Counted from the stretch's first letter, positions 38,472-48,364 are shown. The stretch is 64,000 nt of DNA from an uncultured Acidimicrobiia bacterium (GCA_963756815.1 CAVWPR010000015.1:76-64075); one strand, 5' to 3'. A program made the numbers and translations. The notes: generated by a model from the sequence alone, not told the origin.

Positions 38472-39478
38472 GATGGCAGTCTCCCGCTCACGATCGTGTC
38501 GGGGAAGTATCGATGGTGGTGCGCACCGGTGACCTCGTAGATCGCGGTGCCGGTCCGACCGTCGTCGGTGCGCACACGCATGAGGTTGAGCCCGCCGCGC
38601 TGGAATGGCTCGTAGGGCCGTGCGAACGCTCCCTCGGCCTCGACGGTCAGCCGTCGCCCGTCGGCCAGGACGAACGTGCTCGTGCCCGAGAGCCCCGCGA
38701 TGTCGTCGCCGTGCTCGCCGTAGCGGCCGGCCGAGCCGTCGGCGGCGGTCCACGCGACGTCGGTGTGGAAGTCGACGACAGGGACCGGGTCGCGGCCGTC
38801 GGTCCCGGCCCAGCACCCGTCGGTGTAGATCCGGGCGCCGTTCGCGAGCTCCCAGTGCCAGACGCCGAGGAAGCCGTCGTCGAGCTGGATCTGGAACCAC
38901 ATCCAGAGCGGACAGCGACCGTGGTCGCGGATTCCCCACGAGTGGTCGCGCTGTCCGATCCAACCGTCGACGGGGTGGGTCACCCCACCCGCGGTGTACG
39001 TGCCGTGGTACGTCCCGGACTGCAGCGTGTGGCACTGATCCCACACGACGTCGTGGCCGGCCCGCATCGTGCCGCGCCGCAGTCCGTACGGCTGGGTCCG
39101 CGCCGTGAAGGTCAGGTCGAGCCCGATGTTCGACACCGCGGGATCTGCGAGCAGCCGCACCTCGTGCCACGGCCGCACGATCTCCACCGACGCACCCGGT
39201 AACGACGTGGTGAGCGGGTCGTCGTCGTCGGGTCGGTCGAGGAAGCCGATCACGGGCTCACCACCGATGCGGCCCATCTGCAGGGAGTCCACGTGACCGC
39301 GGACCGGGGAGTGGGCGAACGTGAAGAAGATCACGTCTCCCTCGCCGCTCGGGTCGTGGAGGTCGAAGAAGTAGCTCTCCCGCCAGTGCTCGTCGCGCGT
39401 GGCGACGTTCGGGAGCAGCTCGGGGATCTGATGGACGAAGTGCTCGTCCCAGGCGGTCGGTCGGGTCACGGCGCTCAC
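38468..39478 (-). CDS. conserved hypothetical protein (all-beta-looking, W/H-rich)
   Basis: 336 aa, clearly protein-like (..HWRESYFFDLHDPSGEGDVIFFTF.. QRDHSWGIRDHGRCPLWMWFQIQL..). I recognise no domain. It is translationally coupled to the kinase-like gene. Confidence 0.7.
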   Translation of the reverse strand: MSAVTRPTAWDEHFVHQIPELLPNVATRDEHWRESYFFDLHDPSGEGDVIFFTFAHSPVRGHVDSLQMGRIGGEPVIGFLDRPDDDDPLTTSLPGASVEIVRPWHEVRLLADPAVSNIGLDLTFTARTQPYGLRRGTMRAGHDVVWDQCHTLQSGTYHGTYTAGGVTHPVDGWIGQRDHSWGIRDHGRCPLWMWFQIQLDDGFLGVWHWELANGARIYTDGCWAGTDGRDPVPVVDFHTDVAWTAADGSAGRYGEHGDDIAGLSGTSTFVLADGRRLTVEAEGAFARPYEPFQRGGLNLMRVRTDDGRTGTAIYEVTGAHHHRYFPDTIVSGRLPS

Positions 39479-39496
39479 CCTACGGACCGACGGTGG

Positions 39497-39531
39497 CCTG
39501 CCGCACCGTGACGCCGGTGAGCCGCGGCAGG
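39497..39531 (-). terminator. candidate terminator hairpin after the MarR-MFS operon
   Basis: Outer arms are CCTGCCGC .. GCGGCAGG and inner arms are CACCG .. CGGTG, with a small bulge. It lies in the 78-nt gap between the MFS stop (39557) and the next minus-strand start (39478). Confidence 0.35.
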
Positions 39532-39556
39532 ACCCGCACGCGTCGCCGCGCGCGCG

Positions 39557-40834
39557 TCAGCGGGCGAGCTCGGCGTTGATCGTGCCGACGCTGTCTGCGT
39601 CGAGCTCGTATTCCTCGGCGACGGCGTGACGGGACTTCATGAAGCCCCACGCGCCGGCGCCGAGGGCGGCCACCGCGCCGAGCGCGATCGCGTACCGGGC
39701 ACCGAACTGGTCGGACACCCACCCGACGATCGGGCCGCCGATCGGCGTCGAGCCGAGGAAGAGCATCGCCTGCAGCGCGAGCACGCGCCCGCGCATCTCG
39801 GGTGCGGCCTCGAGCTGCACGATCGCGGTCGACGACACCAGGAACGAGATGCTCGCGACCCCGAGGCCGAGTCCGACCACGAACGCGACCGCCTCGTTCG
39901 GTGCAACGGCCATGAGGGCCATGGCCACGCCGTAGCCGAGCGAGGCCATGGCGACCGCCCGCACGTCGGTCGAGGTCCGGCGCGCGGTCCGGAGCGCACC
40001 GACGAGTGCGCCCACGCTCACCACCGAGAACAGCAGCGTGAACGTGGTGCCGTCACCGTGCAGGTCGCGCGTGGCGAACAACGGGAACACGGTCTGGAAG
40101 TTGTAGGAGAGCGTCCCGACGACCGCCATCATCACGAGGGGGACCCACAGCTCGCGCACACCGTGCGCGTAGCGGAGGCCCTCCCGGATCTGGCGCTTCG
40201 CCTTCGGCGTCACCGGCGGCCGGCGGAGATCGGCCGGTCGCATCCGCCACAGGGCCCACAGCACCGCGACGTAGGACAGGCCGTCGGAGAGGAAGCACCA
40301 CCCGAACCCCACGGTGGCCACGAGCAGGCCGGCCAACGCCGGACCGACCACGCGCGACGACGTCATCAGCGCGCTGTTCAGGCTCACCGCGTTCTGGACG
40401 TCCTCCTCGTCCACCATCTCGTTCACGAACGCGCGGCGCGCGGGGTTGTCGAACGCCACGGTGACGCCACCGACGAGGGCGACGAGGTAGATCGACCACA
40501 CCGGCGGGCTCCCGCTGAACGCGAGCGCCGCGAGGGTGAACGACTGCAGCATCGCGACCGCCTGGACGACGAGCAGCAGGCGGCGCTTGTCGGACCGATC
40601 GGCCACGAGCCCCGCCCACGGACCGAGGAGCAGCACCGGGCCGAACTGCGCGGCGGCGAGCGCACCGAGCGCGATGCCGCTGTTGGTGAGCGTGAGCACC
40701 AGCAGCGTCTGGGCCACCAGCGTGAGCCAGTTGCCCACCTGCGAGATCAGCTGGCCGCCGAAGAACAGGCGGAAGTTCCGGCTGCGGAGCGAACGGAAGG
40801 TGTCGCGCGTCGCCGCCTGCATCCGGCGCCTCAT
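39557..40834 (-). CDS. MFS transporter (12-TM type)
   Basis: From ATG 40834 (MRRRMQAATRDTFRSLRSRNFRLFFGGQLISQVGNW..). The start overlaps the MarR stop (ATGA). Confidence 0.9.
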   Translation of the reverse strand: MRRRMQAATRDTFRSLRSRNFRLFFGGQLISQVGNWLTLVAQTLLVLTLTNSGIALGALAAAQFGPVLLLGPWAGLVADRSDKRRLLLVVQAVAMLQSFTLAALAFSGSPPVWSIYLVALVGGVTVAFDNPARRAFVNEMVDEEDVQNAVSLNSALMTSSRVVGPALAGLLVATVGFGWCFLSDGLSYVAVLWALWRMRPADLRRPPVTPKAKRQIREGLRYAHGVRELWVPLVMMAVVGTLSYNFQTVFPLFATRDLHGDGTTFTLLFSVVSVGALVGALRTARRTSTDVRAVAMASLGYGVAMALMAVAPNEAVAFVVGLGLGVASISFLVSSTAIVQLEAAPEMRGRVLALQAMLFLGSTPIGGPIVGWVSDQFGARYAIALGAVAALGAGAWGFMKSRHAVAEEYELDADSVGTINAELAR

Positions 40835-41301
40835 CGCGTGTCCTCCACGAGCGCGTCGAGCACGTCGAGCGCGTCGGCGAGCCGCGCGCGCGCCTCTGGG
40901 TCGAGCTCGGCGAGTCGGGTCGCGAGCCAGCGGCTCCGGAGTCGGCGGATGCGGGCCAGCCGGGTCGCGCCCGCTGGGGTGAGCGACACCCACGCCACGC
41001 GCCGATCCGCGTCGTCGGCCCGGCGGACCACGAGCTCGGCCGCCTCGAGCTTGGCGACCACCTTCGTGATGCTCGGCGGTGCCACCTGCTCCACCTCGGC
41101 CAGCGTGCCGAGCGTGAGCGGACCGTGCCGGTCGATCGACGCGAGGGCCGCGAGCTGGCTCGGCGTCAGGTCGGTCCCCGACTCCTGGCGCAGCCGGCGC
41201 GCGAGCCGGGTGGCGCTGAGTCGTAGCCGGTCCGCCATCGCGAGCGCGTCGGAATCGTCGGGGGCCCGGATCTCGGCTCGGGGGTCCAGACGGCTGGTCA
41301 C
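40831..41301 (-). CDS. MarR family transcriptional regulator
   Basis: 156 aa with the winged-helix region LTPSQLAALASIDRHGPLTLGTLAEVEQVAPPSITKVVAKLEAAELVVRR. Confidence 0.9.
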   Translation of the reverse strand: MTSRLDPRAEIRAPDDSDALAMADRLRLSATRLARRLRQESGTDLTPSQLAALASIDRHGPLTLGTLAEVEQVAPPSITKVVAKLEAAELVVRRADDADRRVAWVSLTPAGATRLARIRRLRSRWLATRLAELDPEARARLADALDVLDALVEDTR

Positions 41302-41314
41302 GGCAGATAGTTTA

Positions 41315-41332
41315 CCAGGCTAATTAGCTTGG
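41315..41332. promoter_or_regulatory. AT-rich 16/18 palindrome CCAGGCTAATTAGCTTGG, candidate MarR operator
   Basis: Read directly. It is centred on TAATTA in the divergent region between the MarR start (41301) and the MFS start (41419), and stands out against the GC-rich background. Confidence 0.45.
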
Positions 41333-41418
41333 CGAAACACCTTTCTGCTCGGCTCGCCGACCTACTGTGCGACCGCGATCGACCCCGGAGGGCTCGTGGA
41401 CCCGAGGCAGGAGACACG

Positions 41419-43057
41419 GTGACGGCAGCGACGGGTAGCCACCGCGGGCCCGGGCGCCGCCGCGAAGCTCGTGTTGCTCACGCTGGCATCGGCGCAGTTC
41501 GTGATGATCCTCGACTCGTCGGTGATGAACGTGTCGATCGCCACCGTGGCCAAGGACCTCGGAACGACGGTCACCGGCATCCAGACCGCGATCACCATGT
41601 ACACGCTGGTGATGGCGTCGCTCATGATCACCGGTGGGCGGATGGGCGAGATCCTCGGTCGCAAGCGGGCATTCGCGATCGGGTGCGTGATCTACGGGTG
41701 CGGCTCGTTCGTCACGGCGATCTCACCGAACCTGCCGGTCATGTTGTTCGGCTGGTCGTTCCTCGAGGGCACGGGCGCGGCGCTCGTCCTCCCCGCCATC
41801 GTGGCGCTCGTCGCGTCGAACTTCGAGAAGCACGAGCGGCCGAAGGCGTACGGGCTCGTCGCGGTGGGCGGAGCGATCGCGGTCGGCGTCGGTCCGCTGA
41901 TCGGCGGGCTCTTCACGACCTACTGGTCGTGGCGTTACGTGTTCGTCGGCGAGGTCCTCATCATCGCCGTGGTCCTCCTGCTCAACCGCCGCACCGCCGA
42001 CACGCCGAGCGTGGAAGGGGCCCGCCTCGACCTCGTGGGCACCGGCCTGTCGGCGCTCGGCCTGGGGCTGATCGTCTACGGCATCCTGCGCTCGGGCACC
42101 TGGGGCTTCGTGCAACCCAAGCCGGGAGCGCCGGAGTGGCTGGGCCTGTCCCCGGTGATCTGGCTGTTGCTCGGCGGCGGCGCGGTGCTGCTCGGCTTCC
42201 TCAGCTGGGAGCAGCACCGGACCGCGGCGGGCCGGCCGGCCCTGCTCGACCCCGCGATCCTGCGCGTCCCCATCCTGCGGTCCGGCCTGATCGCGTTCTT
42301 CTTCCAGTACCTGCTCCAGGCCGGTCTGTTCTTCTCGGTGCCGCTCTTCCTCTCGATCGCGCTCGGCCTCTCCGCGATCGACACCGGCGTTCGTCTGCTC
42401 CCCCTGTCCGTCAGCCTGGTCATCACCGCGATCGGCGTCCCGAAGGTCTTCCCGCAGGCGTCGCCGCGACGCGTGTCCCAGATCGGCTTCGTGTTCCTGT
42501 TCCTCGGTCTGGCCGTGTTCGTCGCGCTCCTCGACTACGGCGCGGGACCCGAGATCACGACGTGGCCGATGCTGCTCGCGGGTGTCGGCATCGGCGCCCT
42601 CGCGTCGCAGCTCGGTGCGGTCACCGTCTCCGCCGTCTCCGACGAGGAGAGCGGAGAGGTCGGCGGGCTCCAGAACACGGCCTCCAACCTCGGCATCTCG
42701 ATCGGCACCGCGCTCGCCGGCGCGGTGCTCATGTCTGCGCTCACCGCGTCCTTCTTCAGTGGCATCGCCTCCAACCCGGCGGTGCCCGACACCCTCACCT
42801 CGAAGGCCCAGGTCCAGCTCGAGAGCGGCGTGCCGTTCGTCTCCGACGCGGATCTCGACGCCGCGCTGAAGGACGCCGGCGTGAGCGGCGCGACCGCCGA
42901 TGCGGTCGTCGAGGAGAACGCCCAGGCGCGCATCGACGGCCTCCGCGCGTCGCTGGCGGTGCTGGCGGTGCTCGCGCTGATCGCGCTCGTGTTCAGCCGC
43001 GGCCTGCCCATGACGCCGGCCGAGGCACCCTCCGACGACGCCGCGGTGCCGGCCTGA
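41419..43057 (+). pseudogene. MFS transporter, DHA2 (EmrB/QacA, 14-TM) type; probable +1 frame change within GGGCCCGGG 41446-41454
   Basis: The body is ORF 41471..43057 (..QFVMILDSSVMNVSIATVAKDLG..). The GTG at 41419 has a canonical AGGAG 6-7 nt upstream and reads VTAATGSHRGPG. The next frame continues GPGAAAKLVLLTLASAQF into the listed ORF. Confidence 0.85.
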
Positions 43058-43208
43058 CCGACGGCGGAGCCATGTCCTCCGACGCAACGACGGCGCGACC
43101 CGGGCATTCGCCGCGGCGAGACGGGGTCGTGACCCGTCCCGGGACCTCGGACCCTGGACCCGGGGCGCCGGAGCGGCCAGCATGCGGCATCACTCCGGGG
43201 GTGGGTCC

Positions 43209-44627
43209 ATGAAACCGCTACGCATCGTCTTCCTCGTGCTGGGCAGCATCCTGGCGCTCATCGGACTCGCGCTGCTCGCCGGCGGCGGCGTCCTCGGGTG
43301 GGCGCTCACGACCCAACGGGACGACGCCGGCTACTTCACCACCTCGGACCAGCGGTTCCACACGCGGACCGCGGCCATCACGACGCGGGACATCGACCTC
43401 GGCACACCGGGCCCCGACGACTGGTGGGCCGAGCGCGACATCGCCACGGTCCGGATCCGCGGCGCGTCGGCGTCGGGCACGCCGCTCTTCATCGGCATCG
43501 CACGCGACGCCGATGTCGAGCGGTACCTCGCCGGCGTTCGTCACGACGAGGTCTTCGACGTCGAGTACGACCCGTTCCGGGCGACCTACCGCCTCCACAA
43601 CGTGGCCGGCACGGCGGCGGCCACGCCGCCGGGTGCGCAGCCGTTCTGGGTCGCCCGCAGCCAAGGGATCGGGACCCGCACCGTCGCGTGGCACCTGAAG
43701 CCGGGGCACTGGGCGGTCGTCGTCATGAACGCGAGCGGTCGGGCACCCGTCGCCGCCGACGTCGACCTCGGCGTCAAGGTGCGGTACCTCGTGCCGCTGG
43801 CCATCGGCCTCGCCGGTGGCGGCTTCGTGCTCCTGGCGATCGGCGCTGCGCTGATCGTCGGGGCCGTCGTCACGCGCGGCCATGAGGCGATGGCCGGTGC
43901 ACCGCCCGGCGCGGCGCCTGTCCCCGACGCACCCCGACCTGCCGAGCCGGTGCGCCTCACCGGCCACCTCGATCCCGACCTGAGCCGATGGCAATGGCTC
44001 GTGAAATGGTTCCTCGCGATCCCGCACTTCATCGTGCTGCTGTTCCTCTGGATCGCGTTCCTCGTCCTCACCGTGGTCGCGTGGTTCGCGATCCTGTTCA
44101 CCGGTCGGTACCCACGGTCGATCTTCGAGTTCAACGTCGGCGTGCTGCGGTGGAACTGGAGGGTGCAGTACTACGCCACCTCGGTGCTCGGCACCGACCG
44201 GTACCCGCCGTTCTCGCTCGGCCCCGCCGACTATCCGGCCACGCTCGACATCGCCTACCCGGAGCAGCTCTCGCGGGGACTCGTGCTGGTGAAGTCGTGG
44301 CTCCTCGCGATCCCGCAGCTGGTCGTCGTGGGTGCGTTCGTCTCCACCGGCTCGGCCGGGTACGGACGTGGCGGCGCCGCGATCAGCATCCTCGGCGCCC
44401 TCGTGGTGATCGCCGCGGTCGCGCTGCTCTTCACGGCGAAGTACCCGCGTGGCCTGTTCGACTTCGTGATGGGGATCCACCGCTGGATCATCCGGGTCGT
44501 GGCCTACGTCGCGCTCATGACCGACCGCTACCCGCCGTTCCGACTCGACCAGGGACCCGACGAGCCGGTCCTCGCGGCTCCGCCCGCCGCGCCGGGACCA
44601 CCCTCTCCGTCGACACCAGCCGCATGA
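43209..44627 (+). CDS. DUF4389 domain membrane protein
   Basis: From ATG 43209. The C-terminal half has two DUF4389-like units (LAIPHFIVLLFLWIAFLVLTVVAWFAILFTGRYPRSIFEF .. TDRYPPF). Confidence 0.8.
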   Translation: MKPLRIVFLVLGSILALIGLALLAGGGVLGWALTTQRDDAGYFTTSDQRFHTRTAAITTRDIDLGTPGPDDWWAERDIATVRIRGASASGTPLFIGIARDADVERYLAGVRHDEVFDVEYDPFRATYRLHNVAGTAAATPPGAQPFWVARSQGIGTRTVAWHLKPGHWAVVVMNASGRAPVAADVDLGVKVRYLVPLAIGLAGGGFVLLAIGAALIVGAVVTRGHEAMAGAPPGAAPVPDAPRPAEPVRLTGHLDPDLSRWQWLVKWFLAIPHFIVLLFLWIAFLVLTVVAWFAILFTGRYPRSIFEFNVGVLRWNWRVQYYATSVLGTDRYPPFSLGPADYPATLDIAYPEQLSRGLVLVKSWLLAIPQLVVVGAFVSTGSAGYGRGGAAISILGALVVIAAVALLFTAKYPRGLFDFVMGIHRWIIRVVAYVALMTDRYPPFRLDQGPDEPVLAAPPAAPGPPSPSTPAA

Positions 44628-44752
44628 CGTTCTCGGTCACGCCTGCTTCACGGTTCCCTCACCTACGGCTCGCGGGCGGCTGACATCCGACGCGCAGGCT
44701 CGACCGGCCGGCGAGAAGCCGGTCCCATCACACCGTGGAGAACGAGGTGCCC

Positions 44753-45833
44753 ATGTCGCGATTCGCCCGCACGACACTCGTCGCCGCCACCGTGGCCCTC
44801 GTCGCGGCCGCCTGTGTGCCTCCGCCTCCCCCACCGCCCGCGCCGTATCTCGATCAGGTGTACACGAACGTCACGGTGACGCCCAAGGCATCAGGTCTCG
44901 CGTTCGGCGCGGCGCCACCCGTCGATCCGACCGTCGGCACGCCGAGCGACACGCACCACCGGCAGGTCGACGCGAGCGGCAACGAGATCCTGCACCTCTG
45001 GGTCGCCGACCCCGTCGACAACACCGCGGCCAATCGGCCCGCGATCGTGTGGGTGCACGGCGGCGGGTTCGTCGGCGGCATCGGCTCGGAGTACGGGCTC
45101 GCGGCCGGCGCCGGGCTCCAGTACGCGAAGCGGGGGTACGTCGGCCTGTCGATCGAGTACCGGATCGACACGACGAGCCAGTGCCAGTACGTCCAGGACC
45201 ATCAACACGACGTTCCGCTCCCACCGAACTTCGACGCGCTCGCGCGCGCAGTGCGTCCGCGGCATCACTGCGGCCGTACAGGACGCGCAGGCCGCCGTCC
45301 GCTGGGTCCGGCGGCATGCCGTTGCGTATCGCATCGACCCGAACCGCGTTGCGATCGGAGGGTTCTCCGCCGGTGCGGTCACCGCGGACATGGTCGCCTT
45401 CGATGCCGACCTGGCGGGCAGCTGGAAGTACAGCGCCGACGACGACCCCACCGCGAGCTCGCGTGTCCAGGCCGCGTTCGGTGCGTCGGGCTGCAACTAC
45501 GACCCCTCGACCATCGGCGCGGGCGACTCGCCGACGTCCTTCATCCACTCGGAGTTCGACCAGGCGGTCGACTACCGCGACTGCGTGGTCCCGACGTTCT
45601 CGGCCGCGCGTGCCGCAGGGCTCGTCGCCGAGCTCACGTCGTACTGCGGGCAGAACGGCCACGCGCAGTCCCTGTACCAGCAGCACCTCGCCGCCACCGA
45701 TGCCCAGTGGACGACATTCCTTGCCCGCGAGCTGCGGATCTACTCGAAGTTGCGGCCGCCGAGCGCGGACCCGCTCTGCCGCGTAGCCGGCGGGTGCCGG
45801 CCCCCGGGCGACATCACGGGCCGACCGGAATAA
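44753..45833 (+). pseudogene. alpha/beta-hydrolase lipoprotein (carboxylesterase/lipase-like); +1 frame change around 45238-45250
   Basis: ATG 44753 gives MSRFARTTLVAATVALVAAAC (lipobox), then PPPPPPP. The oxyanion motif IVWVHGGGF is in ORF 44735... The nucleophile elbow GGFSAGA and the rest are in the frame of ORF 45390..45833. Confidence 0.8.
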
Positions 45834-45888
45834 ACCAAGTAGTATCTTGTTTGTTGTTCTCACGAACGAGATGCGAAAGGGGTCCGCA

Positions 45889-46620
45889 ATGGCCGACCAC
45901 ACCGCCACCGCCCCGCCCGTCGCCGTGATCACGGGCGCCTCGCAGGGCCTCGGACTCGCACTCGCGGAGGCGCTCGCCGACGCGGGCTGGTCACTGGTCG
46001 TCGACGCCCGTGGCGCCGACCGCCTCCAGACCGAGGTCGACCGGATGCGAGCACGCGCTCGCGGACACGTCATCGCGATCCCGGGCGACGTCGCCGACCC
46101 CGAGCACCGGGCCGCGCTCGCCGACGCCGCCTCGACACTCGGGCCCGTCCAGTTGGTCGTCCACAACGCGAGCACGCTCGGCGCCAGTCCGCTCCCCTCT
46201 CTCACCACGATCCCGGCCGACGTGCTGCGGACCGCCTTCGAGGTGAACGTGATCGCACCGATCGCCCTCACCCAAGCGCTCGAGCCGCACCTCGCGCCGG
46301 GCGCGACCATCGTCGCCATCACCTCGGACGCGGCCGTCGAGCCGTACCCGGGGTGGGGCGGCTACGGCGCCTCGAAGGCGGCGCTCGAGCACGCGAGCCG
46401 GATACTCGCGGCCGAACGTCCCGACCGGCGCGTCCTGGTCGTCGATCCCGGCGACATGCGCACCGAGATGCACCAGGCTGCGTTCCCCGGCGAGGACATC
46501 TCAGATCGTCCCGAGCCTGCCGACAGTGTGCCGGGACTGCTTGCGCTCGTCACGGGGGACCAGCCGAGCGGACGCTACGAAGCCCGGGCGCTCGTGCCCG
46601 AGACCGTGGGGCTGCCATGA
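45889..46620 (+). CDS. short-chain dehydrogenase/reductase (SDR)
   Basis: From ATG 45889, with VITGASQGLG (TGxxxGxG) and YGASKAAL (YxxxK). Confidence 0.9.
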   Translation: MADHTATAPPVAVITGASQGLGLALAEALADAGWSLVVDARGADRLQTEVDRMRARARGHVIAIPGDVADPEHRAALADAASTLGPVQLVVHNASTLGASPLPSLTTIPADVLRTAFEVNVIAPIALTQALEPHLAPGATIVAITSDAAVEPYPGWGGYGASKAALEHASRILAAERPDRRVLVVDPGDMRTEMHQAAFPGEDISDRPEPADSVPGLLALVTGDQPSGRYEARALVPETVGLP

Positions 46621-47690
46621 CGACCACCACGCCGACCCGGCGCCTCGACTTCGTCCTCGACCCGGCCCACGAGGCGCACGAGCCGCCCGAAGCTGCGGGC
46701 CGGCGGCGCGACCACGGCCGACTGCTCGTGAGTCACGGTGCACGCCCACCCGTCGACGCGCGTTTCGACGCGCTCGGCGAATTCCTGGATCCCGGCGACC
46801 TCGTCGCGGTGAACACGTCGGCCACCGTGCCGGCCGCACTCGACGGTCGTCTCCCTGACGGCGAGCCGGTCGCGGTCCACCTCTCCGGCGAGCTGCCCGG
46901 CGCAGTCTGGCTCGTCGAGGTCCGGCGACCGAGCGAGGGCAGCACGCAGCCGCGACGAGTCGACGAGTCGCCCGACACGACCATCGGCGTCGACCTCCTC
47001 GGCGGCGGTCGCGTGAACCTGCTGGCCCCGTTCGCCGACTCGGCCCGCCTGTGGGTGGCGACCCTCGACCTTCCCGCACCGGTCGGCCGGTACCTCGCGC
47101 ACCACGGACACGCGATCCGCTACCGGCACGTGCCGCGCGCCTGGCCGATCGAGACCTACCAGACCGTGTTCGCGGACGAGCCGGGCAGCGCCGAGATGCC
47201 GAGCGCGAGCCGCCCGTTCACCGAGGAGCTCGTCACCCGCCTGGTGACGCGCGGCATCCACTTCGTGCCGCTGCTCCTCCACACCGGGGTCTCCTCGCTC
47301 GAGGGCGGCGAGCGCCCGTACCCGGAGCGCTACCGCGTGCCGCGCGACACCGCCGCGATGATCAACGCGGTGCGAGCGGGCGGCGGCCACGTCGTCGCCG
47401 CCGGCACCACGGTGGTGCGTGCGCTCGCCACCGTCACCGACGACCACGGTGTCGTGCACCCCGGCGCCGGCTGGACCGACGTCGTGGTCACCGGAGACAC
47501 ACCGATGACGGCGGTCGACGGCCTGCTCACCGGTTGGCACGAGCCCGAGTCGACCCATCTGTGGATGCTCGAGGCCTTCGCCGACCGTGCGGTGCTCGCC
47601 GACGCGTACGCGAGGGCACTCGAGCTCGGGTACCGCTGGCACGAGTTCGGCGACAGCCATCTCATCCTGCGGGACCGCGTGACCCCGTGA
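46617..47690 (+). CDS. QueA-like S-adenosylmethionine:tRNA ribosyltransferase-isomerase family protein
   Basis: From ATG 46617, which overlaps the SDR stop (ATGA). QueA-type blocks are present: GRLLV, GDLVAVNTSATVPAAL, AAGTTVVRAL, LLTGWHEPESTHLWMLEAF and YRWHEFGDSHLIL. Confidence 0.85.
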   Translation: MTTTTPTRRLDFVLDPAHEAHEPPEAAGRRRDHGRLLVSHGARPPVDARFDALGEFLDPGDLVAVNTSATVPAALDGRLPDGEPVAVHLSGELPGAVWLVEVRRPSEGSTQPRRVDESPDTTIGVDLLGGGRVNLLAPFADSARLWVATLDLPAPVGRYLAHHGHAIRYRHVPRAWPIETYQTVFADEPGSAEMPSASRPFTEELVTRLVTRGIHFVPLLLHTGVSSLEGGERPYPERYRVPRDTAAMINAVRAGGGHVVAAGTTVVRALATVTDDHGVVHPGAGWTDVVVTGDTPMTAVDGLLTGWHEPESTHLWMLEAFADRAVLADAYARALELGYRWHEFGDSHLILRDRVTP

Positions 47691-48364
47691 CCGACGATCG
47701 CGCCGCCGCGCTCCCGAACCTCCCGAGCGGGCGCCGGGAGGTGCTGTACGCGGTGCGCCGCCGCGGTGAGGCGACGGCCGAGCGGGTGGCCGAGCAGCTC
47801 GGGATGACGCCGAGCGGCGCGCGCCAACACCTCACCGCGCTCGTCGCGGCGGGGCTCGTGGACGCCACCGAGGTCGCAGCGGAGACGCCACGTCGAGGAC
47901 GCCGCACGCTGGTGTACGCCGCGACGCCTTCAGCCGACGGGTACTTCCCGAAGGCCTACGGCGAGTTGACGAACGAGCTCCTCGGGTATCTCGGCGACAC
48001 CGACCCCGCACTGCTCGACGACATCTTCGCGAAGCGTCGGGAGCACCGGATCGCCGGCGCACGAGCGCGGCTCGAGCCCAAGCGCACGCTGGCGGGGCGC
48101 GTCGCGGAGCTGACGAAGATCCTCGACGAGGACGGCTACCTCGCCACCTCCGAGCGTGTCGGGACGGGCACGTACCGCATCGTCGAGCACAACTGTGCGA
48201 TCTGGGCCGTCGCGCAACGCTACGGCCAGGCCTGCACCAGCGAGATCGACTTCATCCGCGCGGTGCTGCCCGACACCACCGTCGAACGCGTCCAGCACAT
48301 GGTCGCCGGCGCGCGCCACTGCGCGTACGAGGTCCGGGCCGCGCCGGCGTCCGGTCTCAGCTGA
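47687..48364 (+). CDS. winged-helix (ArsR/SufR-like) transcriptional regulator with Cys-containing C-terminal domain
   Basis: From GTG 47687, which overlaps the QueA-like stop (GTGA). It has the HTH TAERVAEQLGMTPSGARQHLTALVAAGLV and three C-terminal Cys (HNC, QAC, RHC). Confidence 0.8.
   Translation: MTDDRAAALPNLPSGRREVLYAVRRRGEATAERVAEQLGMTPSGARQHLTALVAAGLVDATEVAAETPRRGRRTLVYAATPSADGYFPKAYGELTNELLGYLGDTDPALLDDIFAKRREHRIAGARARLEPKRTLAGRVAELTKILDEDGYLATSERVGTGTYRIVEHNCAIWAVAQRYGQACTSEIDFIRAVLPDTTVERVQHMVAGARHCAYEVRAAPASGLS

Noticed and set aside
44815-44840. Run of seven proline codons in the esterase lipoprotein as a regulatory stalling site
   Set aside because: It is most simply a flexible linker after the lipobox. 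EF-P dependence is expected, but nothing in the sequence suggests regulation.
45831-45888. preQ1 or other riboswitch upstream of the SDR-QueA-like operon
   Set aside because: I cannot match the stretch to any riboswitch consensus I know (preQ1-I, -II or -III). It is too short and too AT-rich for a structured aptamer. I kept it only as a likely promoter or operator.
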